Of a DNA stretch of 64,000 nt, positions 13,701 to 28,611 are shown in pieces. Each line of letters begins with the position of its first letter. The stretch's first letter is position 1. The notes below the pieces were generated by a model, which saw nothing but the letters and a program-made list of their open reading frames with translations, had not been told where the DNA came from and did not search any database. The DNA is from the human T2T-CHM13v2.0 reference genome, Homo sapiens: NCBI RefSeq assembly GCF_009914755.1, contig NC_060929.1. One strand, 5' to 3'. The position numbers were made by a program, and so were the translations under genes.

Positions 13701-14473
13701 CTGTCAAGAGGATGTGTAGTAATCTCTCTTCTAACTCTGCATCCTAGTCTTCCAGTTCCCCTATACAGAGGCAACTACCGTCACCAATTTATTGGGCTTT
13801 TTTTCCAGAGATGATGCATATTTTTAAAGAGATAAAGATACATATTCCTTTTCCTCCCATAACAGCATACTATATATACTGTTAAACACGTTACTTTTAT
13901 CTTGATATGGTGCTTGGATATGTTTCCTTATAGAGATGGTGCATTCTTTTTAATGACTGCATAATATTTCTTTTGTGGGTGCACCATAGTTTAACTTTCA
14001 CATTTTAGATTACTCTCTGTTATTTTCTAAGCGAGAGAATTATCTTAAAGTCCAGATATGATGTGAGAATGTAGGCATGTTAATAGCAGATGCCTCTGTT
14101 TCAGTAATGTTCAATTACTTTTTTCCTGTGAGTTCCAGAGAGGCTGCTGGAATGTCCCTGCTCTCCACAGATATATTTATGGTTTTTTTTTCTTAGTATC
14201 ATAGAATGTGGCATATTATAGGCTGGGGCAAAAGGTGGGTAGGTATATGGTAGGGCACTCCAGGAAGCCAAGAAGCCTGATCACTTGTTTCACGTAGCAC
14301 TAAGAGTCTTACTGCTCTCCCTAAGCAGGTGTGCAGAACCCTGCCAGTTCTAGCTCTACTCCCCACAGTATCCTCACAGTTCACGGGGAGATTGACATGT
14401 TTCAGTGAGTAAGTGACAAGATAATGCTCTTGAGAAAACGAAGGCAAACCCCAGACAGAATCGGAGATGCTGA

Positions 14474-14761
<288 letters not shown>

Positions 14762-14965
14762 TCATGGAGTGAGAGAGAGGAGTGAAATTGTGTTTGAGTG
14801 CCACTGAACCTGACATTCCTGGAGTTGCTTCTTCATGTTGTTCTTTTTAAAATTTTTGAGATATTCTACTATTAACTCTTTTGCTTAAACTGGTTTGATT
14901 TAGTTTTTTCTCATTGTACTTTTTAGGATGATTTTGGTAACAGGGAACCCATGTGTTATCCCATG

Positions 14966-15509
14966 TGTTATGGTCTGAGTCGTGTCCCCGACCCCCCAAT
15001 TCCTATGTTGAAGTCCTAACTCACACTACTTCAGAATGTGACTGTATTTAAAGATAGGACCTTTAAAGAGGTGATTAAGTTAAAATGAGACTGTTGGGGT
15101 GGGCCCTAATCCATGACGGCTAATGTCCTTGTAAGAAGAAAACATATGAGCACACAGGAGAGACACAGGGATGTGTGCATGGAGGAAAGACTATGTGGGG
15201 ACTCAGATGGCTGGAACTGGGGCTGCAGGGGCTGGTAGATCCACTTCCAGCTTCTTCACTCATGAGTCTAGAACCCTGTGATGCTGGAAGGCTGGGCTTA
15301 GCTAGGACTGTCAGCCAGAACACCTACACTTAGGCTTCTCCAGCTTGCTGGTCTCAGCAAGAAGGTGGCTATCTGCAAGGAGGGAGGTCTCAGGAGAAAT
15401 GCCTTGATGTTGGATTTCTAACCTCCAGAACTATGAGAGCATACATTTCTGTTGTTTAAGATACCTAGTCTGTAGTACTTTGTTATGACAGCCCTAGTTG
15501 ACTAAGATG
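14966..15509 (+). mobile_element. MLT1B MaLR solo LTR carrying a foreign insert of about 155 bp
   Basis: tgttatgg...cagaatgtgactgtatttaaagataggacctttaaagaggtgattaagttaaaatgag...ctttgttatgacagccctag. Confidence 0.85.
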
Positions 15510-15654
15510 CTACTTCAAAAGAGCTTGAACACTAGAGGAACGAATTAGTTCATGTAACCAGAAGCCCAGAGATAAGGCAGCTCCAGGGTTTGTTAACTTA
15601 GCCACTCAGGGCTGCCTCAAGGAGGAAGTTTTTCCATCTTTTTACTTTGCCATT

Positions 15655-16491
<837 letters not shown>

Positions 16492-17472
16492 AAGAGGGCT
16501 ACAGCAACTCTGTGCTCTATGTGTCACAATCTCACACATTAACATCCAAGGGTAGAAAAGGAAAACGTTTCCCTGAAGTCCCACCAGCAGGCTTCTCCTC
16601 ACATCTCCTTGGTGAGAATCGGGCTGTATGTCCTTTCCCAAACTGGCAAAAATAACGTCATTTGCCCTGCTCAGCTTAGCCTAATCAAGATCCATTCCCC
16701 TTGGGCTGAAGATAGGATGGCTTTCTTTAAGCATAAGGTCCTACGGAATGGGCAAATACTCTTCCGAAATTAGGGTCTGCCACCGTGGAGGAAACTCAAG
16801 GGAATGGATTTGGGGAGGTGACTTACAGTGTCTGCATAAACTTTCTATAAGGAGAGTCTGGCCTAATTAGGAGGGGTTTAAGAAAGAAGTTAAAGATGGC
16901 TTTCATTATGTCCATAGACTAGGGTCCTCGATAAGACCACAGTTTGAATTCTTTTTCATGCTTGTACTTTCTCACTCTTATATTTGTTCCTTTTCTCCCC
17001 TTGCCTCTTCATAGAGATCTATTGCAATTTTTAGTACCAAGAGCAAATGCTCCTGTTCCTGGGAAATCAGGGGATGCACAAGTAGCGTGTTCTTAAAGCA
17101 AATGTGACAGTTACAATAGGGATTCGGCCCCCAGATGGGGTCATCAGAACCCAATGTGACAGCTACAATGCATTCCTGATTCCTCATAATAAGCATAACA
17201 GCCTCTGAGAATATCTCAGCACAAACTAGGTTATGAATGATTGATTAATAAGTGGATGAGTGCTGTACAGATCGCCATATGCCAGTTCTGCTGAGAGCCA
17301 TAATCTCCCATCTAACATTGCCTTATCACTGAGCTCACACAAGGAGGCCTGTTCTTTGTGGAACAAAGTCAGGGATGTTTTCCATGACTCATATTGGAAG
17401 CGTCCCACAGAAAAAATGGGATGTTCCATAGTGGGCGGATGAAATCAAAGTTGTTAGAAAGTCTGTTTATAA

Positions 17473-18337
<865 letters not shown>

Positions 18338-19457
18338 AGAGTTCAAGCGCAAGTGGAAAAGAGTAACCTGAGAGGAGGAAGCAGCTCCCCTCAACCCCCC
18401 CAGGAGATCTAGATAAATTTAAGGCAGGGTAACATCATGTGAAGAGTGCGGAATGGCCGCTAGGCTCCCTGGATGTTCAACCCCATTTTCCCTTTAACTC
18501 ACTGCATGATTTTCTGTGATTGATTTCAATTCTCTGGGCCTTAGTTCTCTTGGAGATAATACTACTTGCTTAACCTAGCTCACAGGGATTTTCTGAGAAT
18601 GAAATAGTAATGTAATTTCAAATGCTTTTGAAAAAGTTAAAAGCAGTATAAAAAGGAAGGCATTAAATGGATTAACATTGGACTTGATTCAGGGAAAACC
18701 TTTATGTTCAAGATATGCATGGAAAGGGGACTTTGATTCAGCTCAGAATCTTTGGTTGATAGATCATGAAGGTTGAGTCAAATGTGCTCTGGGGGAGGAA
18801 GGGAGAAAATCAGCTTCATGCTGAAGAAGGGCTCCTGCTCCAAATCAGCAAAGACAAAGAAGGTTCATTTTGGATGCAAGTTCTGATCCATTAATGGTGG
18901 CTACTTAGAATATGATGTGAATAAGGTTTTGAGGGCTGCGTCCTGGCCAGGGTGATAATAATGTCACTTGGGGTACCTGCCATAGACGTCAGGGACTTAG
19001 AACATGCAGGCTATGTGCTTACTGTCCCTCCCAGAGCAGGGTGCTGGCTAGACAATATCAGACTTGGAGTCTGAAGACGGGGGCTAATGTCTTAGAAGTT
19101 GCCAAAAGTAAAAATCTTTGTAAGTTTTAAAGTCATTTAACTTCTCTTCTCTCATACTACCTTGGTGATCCTCCCTTAGAGGGTTGGACAACAATCCAGT
19201 TTAATTGTTGGATTCGTCCATAGATTTGTACAAAGTGGTATAAAGACAGGGTCTTATTTGAATTGGGAAAAAGAGATGATTTAGATTGTCATCATGGATG
19301 TAAAGAATCTTCCATGCTCTGCCATCTTAATGTAACCTCTCTCGGGTTGGTATTGTCACAAGTTTTAAAAGAATTCTCTAATTTTTTACTTATTCCTTGG
19401 AGTCCAACTGAGCTCTTAAGAAAATTAGAGACCAATGACATCACATAAACACCATAA

Positions 19458-19790
<333 letters not shown>

Positions 19791-20149
19791 TGAAGATTCG
19801 GAGGTCTTCCCACAATAGCTTCATGACTCAGCACATGTGCAGCAACTTAATTTTCTTTTCTAATGCTCCTTCAACTAGCCCTTTTGACTTGAGTGCACAA
19901 ACTCCTTTTCCCTTTATCAGAATAAATAATTGGTGTCATTTTGTGTAGGCGAGCATGCATGAGTGTGTGTGTTGGTATCAGATATCGTTCACCTGATTAT
20001 TGATTCTTTGCAAAAGTCAATAGCAAGAGAAATGTTGTTTAAATAGGTTTCATGTATCTTTTTTTCTAATTTGGGGGATTAGAGGTAGCAATGTGGGCTG
20101 GATGACAGTATGAGGAGGAAGCCGAACATTGCTTTTTCATAGAGCGATT

Positions 20150-20985
20150 GGTTTTATGAAATACCTCATGTCAGGCACTGCTCTAGGCACTGCGGATAGA
20201 ATGAGAAAAAGGAAGACACAATCCCTTTCCTCACTTTACTGAAGATACAGTTGAACACACAACTGCAAATGGGTGAGGCATTTGTTTCTGAGCACACATA
20301 GCAAGGGCATCGAACATTGCTAGGGCTGGGGGCAGAGGGGATGGGCAGGGAAGGCTTCTAGAAATGAGCCATGCTTAAGCTAAGGCCTAAGGAATGAGGA
20401 AGGTATAGCCAGGGAAAGGAGGGGCAGGGTAGAAAGCCTGAAATAGCACATGCGAAGCTTTGAAATAAGGAGACAGTGGCACATACAAGGAAGCTGTATG
20501 TGGGAGGTGTTCATTAGAGAGATTAGAGAGATGTTCACAGTGGCTGGAGTGCGAGGGCTCAGGGGTGGAGACTGGGCTGTAGAGATAGCCAGTTTATAAT
20601 GATTTTGAAGGATTCATGAAGGACTTTAGTGCCATATTTCTGCAACTTAAAAGATCTTATGAATTACCCTTAGATCTTGTTAAAATGCAGATTTGGATGT
20701 AGGTCTGGGTGGGACCTGAGATCCTGCACGTGTAATGAGCTTCCAGGTGAGGATGTGGCTGCAGGTCGAGGGCTTTTGACTCTACCCTGAGGGCAATGGC
20801 AGAGCCATCGAAGCATTTTAGGTAGGAGAATGCCATGACCTAATTGTGTGGTAGGAAGATACCATTACCCACAATGTGATAAATGAATTTTAGGTGGGTA
20901 GACCTGGAAAATGAAAATCAGTGAGGAGGTGGTAGTAGCAGACAGTCATAAGAAACTTGCCAACTAAGGTAGTGGCAGTGGGCAT
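20150..20985 (-). mobile_element. L2 fragment with nested MER5 (about 20630-20770)
   Basis: tgtcaggcactgctctaggcactg...gggaaggcttct...; MER5 core cttgttaaaatgcagatttgg...ctgagatcctgc. Confidence 0.6.
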
Positions 20986-21099
20986 GCGGCCTCATTCCTT
21001 AGCCCTGTCCTGTTCAACTTCCTGCAATATTCTGTCCATATCTGCCTCTTTCCCTAGGCAGTGGGCTTCTTGATGATGGTGCTCAGGCAGTGTAGAGGG

Positions 21100-21305
21100 A
21101 GGCAGTGTAGCATCATGCTTAACAACACAAGCCTTGGAGTCATTTGAGCCTGAATTCAAGTCCCACCTCCTTTATGTCCTAGTTGCTTAATCTCTCAGGG
21201 CCTCCACTGTCACGTCGGCTATAGATGAGAATGACACTTGCCACAGCGTGGAAAGGATTAAATGAAATGATGTAGATAAAGTGCTTAGCCTATGCCTGAC
21301 ATTCA
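21100..21305 (+). mobile_element. MIR
   Basis: ggcagtgtagc...ggagtca..cctgaattcaagtccc...ggattaaatgaaatgatgtagataaagtgcttagc. Confidence 0.65.
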
Positions 21306-21326
21306 TTGATTAAAAACATATGTACA

Positions 21327-21617
21327 GCCGGGTGTGGTGGCTCACGCCTGTAATCCCAGCACTTTGGGAGGCTGAGGCGGGTGGATCATCTGAGGTCAGG
21401 AATTCAAGACCAGCCTGGCCAGCATGGTGAAACCCCTTCTGAACTAAAAATACAAAAATTAGCCAGGCGTGGTGGCAGGCACCTGTAATCCCAGCTACTT
21501 GGGAGGCTTTAGGCAAGAGAATCACTTCAACCTGGGAGGCAGAGGTTGCAGTGAGCCAAGATTCAGCCACTGCACTCCAGCTTGGGTGACTAAACAAAAC
21601 AACAAAACAAAACAAAA
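21327..21617 (+). mobile_element. AluS with (CAAAA)n tail
   Basis: TSD aaaacatatgtaca on both sides. Confidence 0.95.
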
Positions 21618-22167
21618 CATATGTACAGAACACTTGCTCCAATGTGTTAGGCTTTGGGGATTTGGCAAAGAACAAAGTAGATTTGGTCCCTGCTCCCTTG
21701 GTACACTTGATAAACAGTAGTGGCAATAGTTGCTTATTATTCTTAGTTATACCTCTCTGCTGTTGGCCCATTCATTTTGCACATGGAGACAACATGAAGC
21801 TCCAGCGGCTTCTTGGTCTGGACAGTAACACCCCAACACCATCCTGAACATGTTATGGAGGTGGACACTGTATTCTATACATTCGATTTAATTGATTTCT
21901 CAAGCCCTGGCAGTATTTTCAGCTTAATTACCCATAAAACTGAAGCAAAGATACTTGAGGTCTAACACCATTTTCTGGCTCAGTAATCTATATGTGGCTA
22001 ACCCTGCAACATTACATTTAATGTTTTTCAAAGGATTGGAGGGTGGGTATGTATCCCATCATTATCTAGTGCCTAGAGATGGCTAAAAATTTCCATGTAA
22101 AATAACGTATTTGGTTTTGAGCCTGTAAGTTTTCAAAGGAGAAATTGAGCTACTCAACACCGGAGGG

Positions 22168-22536
22168 GTATATGGTTTGGTTATCACTTCTCCAAATCTC
22201 ATGTCGAATTGTAATCCTCAATGTTGGACGAGGGGCCTGGTGGGGAGGTGATTGGATCATGGGGGTGGATTGCCCCCTTGCTGTTCTCCTGATAGTGAGT
22301 TCTCACGAGATCTGGTTGTTTAAAAATGTGTAGCATTTCCCCCTTCGCTCTCTTCCTGCTCCAGCCACGTAAGATATGTCTGCTTCCCCTTCTGCCATGA
22401 CTGAAAGTTTCCTGAGGCCTCCCCAGCCATACTTCCTGTATAGCCTGCAGAACTGTGAGCCAATTAAACCTGTTTTCTTTATAAATTACCCAGTTTCAGG
22501 TATTTCTTTGTAGCAGTGCAAGAATGGACTAATACA
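22168..22536 (+). mobile_element. MSTA-like MaLR solo LTR
   Basis: atatggtttgg...ccaaatctcatgtcgaattgtaatcc...aattaaacc..tttctttataaattacccagt...ggactaataca. Confidence 0.9.
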
Positions 22537-23846
22537 AGAGGAAAAACAGAAGATAAGAGGAGTGCGAAGATAGCAGTGGAAAGAAAAAATGATTGGTGGT
22601 CTTTGGCAAGGAGGATGGCACCTGGACTATGGGAGCTTTGGTGGGCTCTATAACCTGCCATAAGATGCCCAGCTGTAATAAATTAGATAGGTTCCCTGGT
22701 TTGTAAAGACTCTGGCTACTTAAGCCAATGGGAATTTAATGGAAGGTTAGGGGAGCTGGATCCCACAGAGGGAACCTATGAGAGGCTCTCTGAGTATGAG
22801 GCACTTTAGAGGACCATGTTTGAGAAGGGGCAAGAACCTAACAGGACTTGGGAGGATTGAGCAGCAGGGAACCCTGCAATGGCCTCATGGAAGTAAGAGT
22901 CTGGCTTGTCTCCTGGTTGGTCTACCATCAACTCTTCTTCTCTCCCTGCATTTGTTCTAGACTCAAAGTCCCAAAAGACAACTAGCTAAGCCTAGGCTGC
23001 AGGTCTGTGCCCTGGTTGTTTTGTAACTGGAGGGGAATCCTCTGGTGACTTCAGCTTTTGTGCTGGGGGGTGGGTACCTGGAATTATTTTCCCATGATTA
23101 TACATATTGGTGTGGTAAATTCCCAAAAGGAAATATATTAGAGTGTTATTAGGATGGGGGAAATGGATATAGGCATGTGTAGCATGTAAAATGACAAGGT
23201 TGATGACTTATTAGCTAAGAATCAACTTGTTTTATTGTTCCTTTGAGGTTTGTTTAAATGTTGCTTTCCTTTCTGGGTTTCTCCAGGTAGCTCCTCATCT
23301 TCAGTGTTCTCATTGCACTTTGTATTCTCTTAGCTTTTAATTCTCAGGGACAAGGACTGACCTGGTTCAACTCTGTATTCTTAGGGCCTAGCAAAGTGCT
23401 TAATACATAGAAGACATTTGCTGACTTACAGTTGAATAGAAAAAGTATGTGTGGATATCGTACTAGAAATGCAATTGTAAGCAGCTGGGAATTTCAATGG
23501 GTAACTTTTCTGTGTAGAAAACATTAAAAAATTATTTTGTAGCCCGTGTGTGTGTAAAACCCATTCCCCAAAGGCAAAACGGTGTAGCGTCAGAGACAAT
23601 AAAGCATCCTGTCAATTTCAACTTTTATTCACTTGATTTTTGAAGAATATTTTCTTTTGCAAAAGCCTCCTTCACTTAAGAAGTTTTCTTGTCTTGTTAG
23701 GTACCAGCCAAACCAGCCAAACATTTTCTCTTTAATGTGGAGACCTGGGATCCTTTTCCCTAAGATATTTTGATTGCTGCAAACCCTTGGGCTCTGCTGG
23801 AATCCAGCTCCCTGTTTCTAAGATGAAACCTGGACCATTTAGGGCA

Positions 23847-24450
23847 TGTAGGGGCCAAGGGCCCTTGAAGGTTTGCTGAAAACCACTGACATGAGGCAGA
23901 TTAATTAGAAAAAAGGCATACACATTTATTTAACGTGTATGCAAGAGAGCCTTTAGAATGAAGACCCAAAGATACAGGGGAAACTGTCCATTTTTATGCT
24001 TAGGTTCAACAAAGTGTGGACAGCCGTGTGGAAATAGGATTGGACGAAACAGGCATGACCGAGTAGTGAAACTCAGTGAGGCCTGTCTGTCTAGGTTCTT
24101 CTTGGCCTGTCTGAGTGGCTTTCCTTCCTTCTAGGTATGGGGCAGGACCCTCTCTGGAAGGGGGGTCTTATGACTCACAGACAAACAAAATAGGTCAGAT
24201 CATTTCTTTATGGCCAGTTTTCACACAGAAAAGTGGGGGAAAGTTAGAATAATATTTTTAGGTTTTATGGCTGGCATTAAGGAAAGGGCGTTCTGGTTCC
24301 TATGACCTACATTGGGGAAGAGAGATTCTAGTTTCTCTGGCTAGCCTTGTAGGTGAATGGGACTGAGAGACAGGAGGGCAGGAGCAGGTCAGGGAGAAAC
24401 ATTTGCTTCTGAGGCCTTCACTTTAGGGTATTGTTTTCTGGGCCCCAACA
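23847..24450 (-). mobile_element. MER39/MER39B ERV1 solo LTR
   Basis: TG...CA termini; reverse complement starts tgttggggcccagaaaacaataccctaaagtgaaggcctcagaagc; perfect 4-bp TSD ggca at 23843-23846 and 24451-24454. Confidence 0.85.
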
Positions 24451-25095
24451 GGCATCTATAGGGCTGGTAAATTTACCTGGAGTAGCCAAGTACAAATGAA
24501 TTACTTCAGAGCTGGCATTTATTGCTAAATAGATAGTCTTATCTAAGGGCACCAAAATTCTAGAATCTGAATTTTATCCTAAAATTAGGTCCCCCTGGCT
24601 CCCCTTCAGTGAAGTGATTGGCAAGGGATTGTGGAGAACTGAGGCATTTGCCTACTAGACTTCCACCTCCCTGGCCTAGTTAGAGCAAGCAGCAGCAGAA
24701 ACTGACTGATATAAGCAGAGAAGAAATGTATGGAAAGGGCATTCGGCAGCCCCCACAGTGACCTGAAAGGCTGGAGAATTGGGCAAGATCAAAAGGAGAG
24801 TGGGCAACCAGGACCAACGCTAGAATTGTGAATAGCCCCTGGCCACAGAACCAGACTGACAGGGTCCCTGCAGTGCCTGCCACTGAGCCTGATTACCACA
24901 GCCTGCAGAGGTGCTGCTAGCTACATACAGTGAACACCGCTGACCCTACTTCTCCTGGGAATGGGATTTTGTTTTGCTATCACCAGCCCCCAGGATGGAT
25001 TCTTTGCAGTCTCCTATTCTCTGCATCTCTAGCTGCTGTTTCAAAGTCCTGGGTGCCCTGCTTTCAAGAGGGGTTGGGAAGGTGAGCACTACATT

Positions 25096-26294
25096 AAAAA
25101 AAGTATCAGTTATTTAATTAGATTCTCCTTAAGAAATTTAGAACATCAATGTGTGAGGATAAATTCCACTCGTCAGGGCAAACAGAGATCACAGTTAGCC
25201 TTGGAGCTGAGGAATAGCTTTGATTTTGGTAAAATTTGCCAGTCCACAGCTTTCTGATCAACCAGGCGCTACTCTATCACTTCATATTTCTCTTTTTCTG
25301 CACGAGAGATCTCACCTTCGTGGTGTCTGGGTTTCTGCAGTTTCTTCTTGAAGTAAGCATCAGTAAGATGTTTTGAGATTTTCACATTGCTGACTGATAT
25401 CAATTTTTGTAGAGGTGGCAGTGACAAATTACTGGTGTGTTCTTCGCAGAGAAACTCAATTGACGACCAGAGGTCCGGTCACAAGTAAAAGCCATTGCCC
25501 AGCTAGCTGCTCCAGGAAAACCATCTTGCCTCTGTGGCGCCCAGTGAGGATGAGCAGAATGGTCCTGGGAGAGATGCTGGCTTGCAATTTTCTGGCATGC
25601 TGACTACAGGTTTTTTTTTTTTTTTAGGCAGCATCTCGCTCTGTCGCCCAGGCTGGAGTGCAGTGGCACGATCTCGGCTCACTGCTACCTCTTGCCTCCT
25701 GGGTTCAAGCGATTCTCCTGCCTCAGCCTCCCAAGTAGCTGGAACTATAGGTGCGTACCACCATGCCTGGCTAATTTTTGTATTTTTAGTAGAGAAGGGG
25801 TTTCACCATGTTGGCCAGGCTGTTCTCATACTCCTGACTTCAGGTGATCCACCCACCTCAGCCTCCCAAAGTGCTGGGATTACAGGTGTGAGCCACTGCG
25901 CCCAGCCGCTCAACAACTTTTTAGACACATCTCCGGTAGATGATAGCTAGGCATCTTGTGAAGTTTAACCACTGGGGCACCACCATTCTTGTCACCACCA
26001 ACTGGTTTTGTAACAGTCGCAAGAAACTTCTCCTTTTCAATCTTGGATTTAGCCGCTGAATACTTCCTTTTGTACGTGCCTTTCTGGAACACATAGCAGG
26101 TCGGGAATATCTGCCAATTCCTCTGATGAGGACAGGATTTCAGCTGCAGTGGGGCTTCCCTTTCTTGGGCTTTTTAGCTTTGAGGTTACCCTTTGTCACG
26201 TTGCCACTAGCATCAGCCTTCTTGGATTCAGGTTTCTTCTCCCTAGTATCTGGCTTCTCAACTTTTTCACTCGCCATCTTACAAGATGAGAAAG
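25096..26294 (-). pseudogene. RPL6 (pseudogene): processed pseudogene of ribosomal protein L6 (eL6)
   Basis: ORF track [45 protein letters not shown] and [25 protein letters not shown] match RPL6; intronless, ATG at 26277 and stop at 25138-25140, with premature stop, frameshifts and an Alu insertion; TSD agcactacatt / agcaccacatt. Confidence 0.95.
25611..25907 (-). mobile_element. AluS inside the RPL6 pseudogene
   Basis: full Alu in the same orientation as the pseudogene, no visible TSD. Confidence 0.95.
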
Positions 26295-26299
26295 CACCA

Positions 26300-26595
26300 A
26301 GCTGGGTGCAGTGGCTCATGCCTGAAATCCCAGCACTTTGGGAGGCTGAGGCAGGCAAATCGCTTTAACTCAGGAGTTCGAGACCAACCTGGCCAACATG
26401 ACAAAATTCCATCTCTACAAAAAAATATAAAAATTAGCTGGGCGTGATGGCGTGTGCCTATAGTCCCAGCTACTTGGGAGTTGAGGTGGGAGGATCACTG
26501 GAGCCCAGAAATTAAGGCTGCAGTGAGCTATGATCATGGCACTGCACTCCAGCCTGGGCGACAATGAGACCCTGTCTCAAAAGAAAGAAGAAGGG
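26300..26595 (+). mobile_element. AluJ-like
   Basis: full Alu; TSD gaaagcacca / gacagcacca. Confidence 0.9.
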
Positions 26596-26904
26596 AAGAC
26601 AGCACCACATTTTCAGGCTCCTTAACAAGATGCTTAAGGTTAGGGACCAGCAGAATTCCCCAAAGGTGATAAAGAATTTCATCTGCTGGGTAGCTAAAAG
26701 AAAAATGCCCATGACATCAATTTTAAGCCATTGTTGGTAATAGTAAGAGAACCATCTTTTTGATGTTTTAGATTCTGACATTAAAATGCTTTGTTGGTTC
26801 AACACAACAACATGGATGGTTGAAGGATCACAAAAGAATCTACTATGTCTATTATTTCCTTGAGTGTCTGAATGAAATGTCGTTGGCTCTGTGGCAAGTT
26901 TACA

Positions 26905-27130
26905 TTGAACTTAGTGCAAAGACTCTGGATCCTGGCTTTTAATTGGGGCTCTCCCACTTACTAGCTGTGTGACCTGGGAGCAATCATTTAATCTTTCTCA
27001 GCCTCAGTTTCCTCATTTATAAAGTGGAAATGACTTTAGCACTTATCTCTTACTTAGAGTTCTTGTGTGATGATATCCATAAAGCTTCTAGGACAGTGCT
27101 CAGCATATAATAGTGCTTAATAAATGGCTA
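26905..27130 (+). mobile_element. MIR
   Basis: ccacttactagctgtgtgacctggg...ctcagcctcagtttcctcatttataaagtgg. Confidence 0.8.
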
Positions 27131-28611
27131 ATTTAGAAAGACTTGAGATTGAGGACTGGCCAACAGGGTCAAAATGCAAGGCCTGCCGATGTCCAGGATG
27201 TACCAGGTGTCTACCTTCAAGGATCATTTGGAGGAAGGAGGTCATGATGAAAGATGAAGTGAGTGACCTCCAAGTTGGATGACCTCCATCAAACAAGATG
27301 GGCAAATTCCCAAATGCTACTGGTCACAGGTGCCTGAGGAGAACAATCTGCTTTCAAAGTACAATTAAATAGGAAAATGCTCAGTGATCTCAAGGGGTAG
27401 ACCCACCCCGGTGCCCCATCTGCTCAGTTTAGGCAGAGCCATTAGACAGTGCTGGGGAAAATGTTTATCTCTAGTTTACAGAAGGTTCTTTTGGAATCTC
27501 TTTGCCGAACTCAAAAGGGGGGCGTTCTCAGACACAGATGATCTCAACAACCTTTGTTTAGGTTGGAATCCTGGGAAAGTCATCAATCTTTGGGCAACTC
27601 ACATTTCTATTTTTGTTCCAGTTATCCAGCAGATAATAAATAGGTTTTTAGTTCTGCTAAGTGCTAATTTGAGAGGCATCTCTTTTTATTTATTGGGAGA
27701 AAATACGAAAGATGCAGCCTAAGAAATAATCTGTTGGTGTTGCCGACTCACCTTTTCAGGTAAGGCATCAATTTTATTATTATTTAGCATTTTTGCTAAA
27801 TTAAGAATGAGAATGAATCAGCAAAAAAAGAAAGATTCTAAGAGATGTGCATACATTTGTTTTCCCATAACTGAGGATCATTTGAGTTTATGTAAGACGC
27901 TATTTCAGAGTTAGCACATCACCTCTAAAGCTGCTGCGTTTAAAGCTGGGTTGGTTGTTAAAAGCACCATTTAAATGTTTTCATGGAAGAATTAGGGATG
28001 GAATATGTACACAGTGGCCACCCAGGGAGAAGTTGAAATAGTCATTTACCTCTTTAATGGAGGCAGAGAATGTAATTAACAATCATTTGCACATAACAGT
28101 TAAATATTTCATGGTGGTGACAATGATTCATCCTTACTTCCTACAGCATCTACAGCAAAATTAAACCCAGGTCTTAAGACGTTCAGGAAACTATAGAATG
28201 TAAAAACTCAACATTCATCCTGTCTCTGTCCTACTAACTCACCTTCCTTGTATTCCTCTCATACTCATCCTCCTTCTGCAAGTAGCAGTTTTAACTTCTG
28301 TATTGCTTGGCACCACAGGCCTCCTAATTTACAGAGAGAACTTGGCTAGTGCAGGGAAGGCAAATAGGTTTCAAGTCTCAGATTTCAACCTGAAATTGAT
28401 TGGTAGTGGCTACCTGGAACACTGTGTTGAAAGGGCTTCTAAAAAGTTGCCTCTAGGCACAGTGCAAAGGAGGGCAGTGATTGATTAGTAATGCCTGCCA
28501 TGGGTTGGAGATAAAGAGTACTGGCCTGAATATCATTTATTTTGCCATCCTCAACCAGTGCAAAGAACCCAAGATTAAGAATTGGGTCTGGTCTTGGTTT
28601 AGCCATAGCAT

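Noticed and set aside
25138-26277. Functional RPL6 gene
   Set aside because: No introns, premature stop after KPHCS, frameshifts and an Alu in the coding region.
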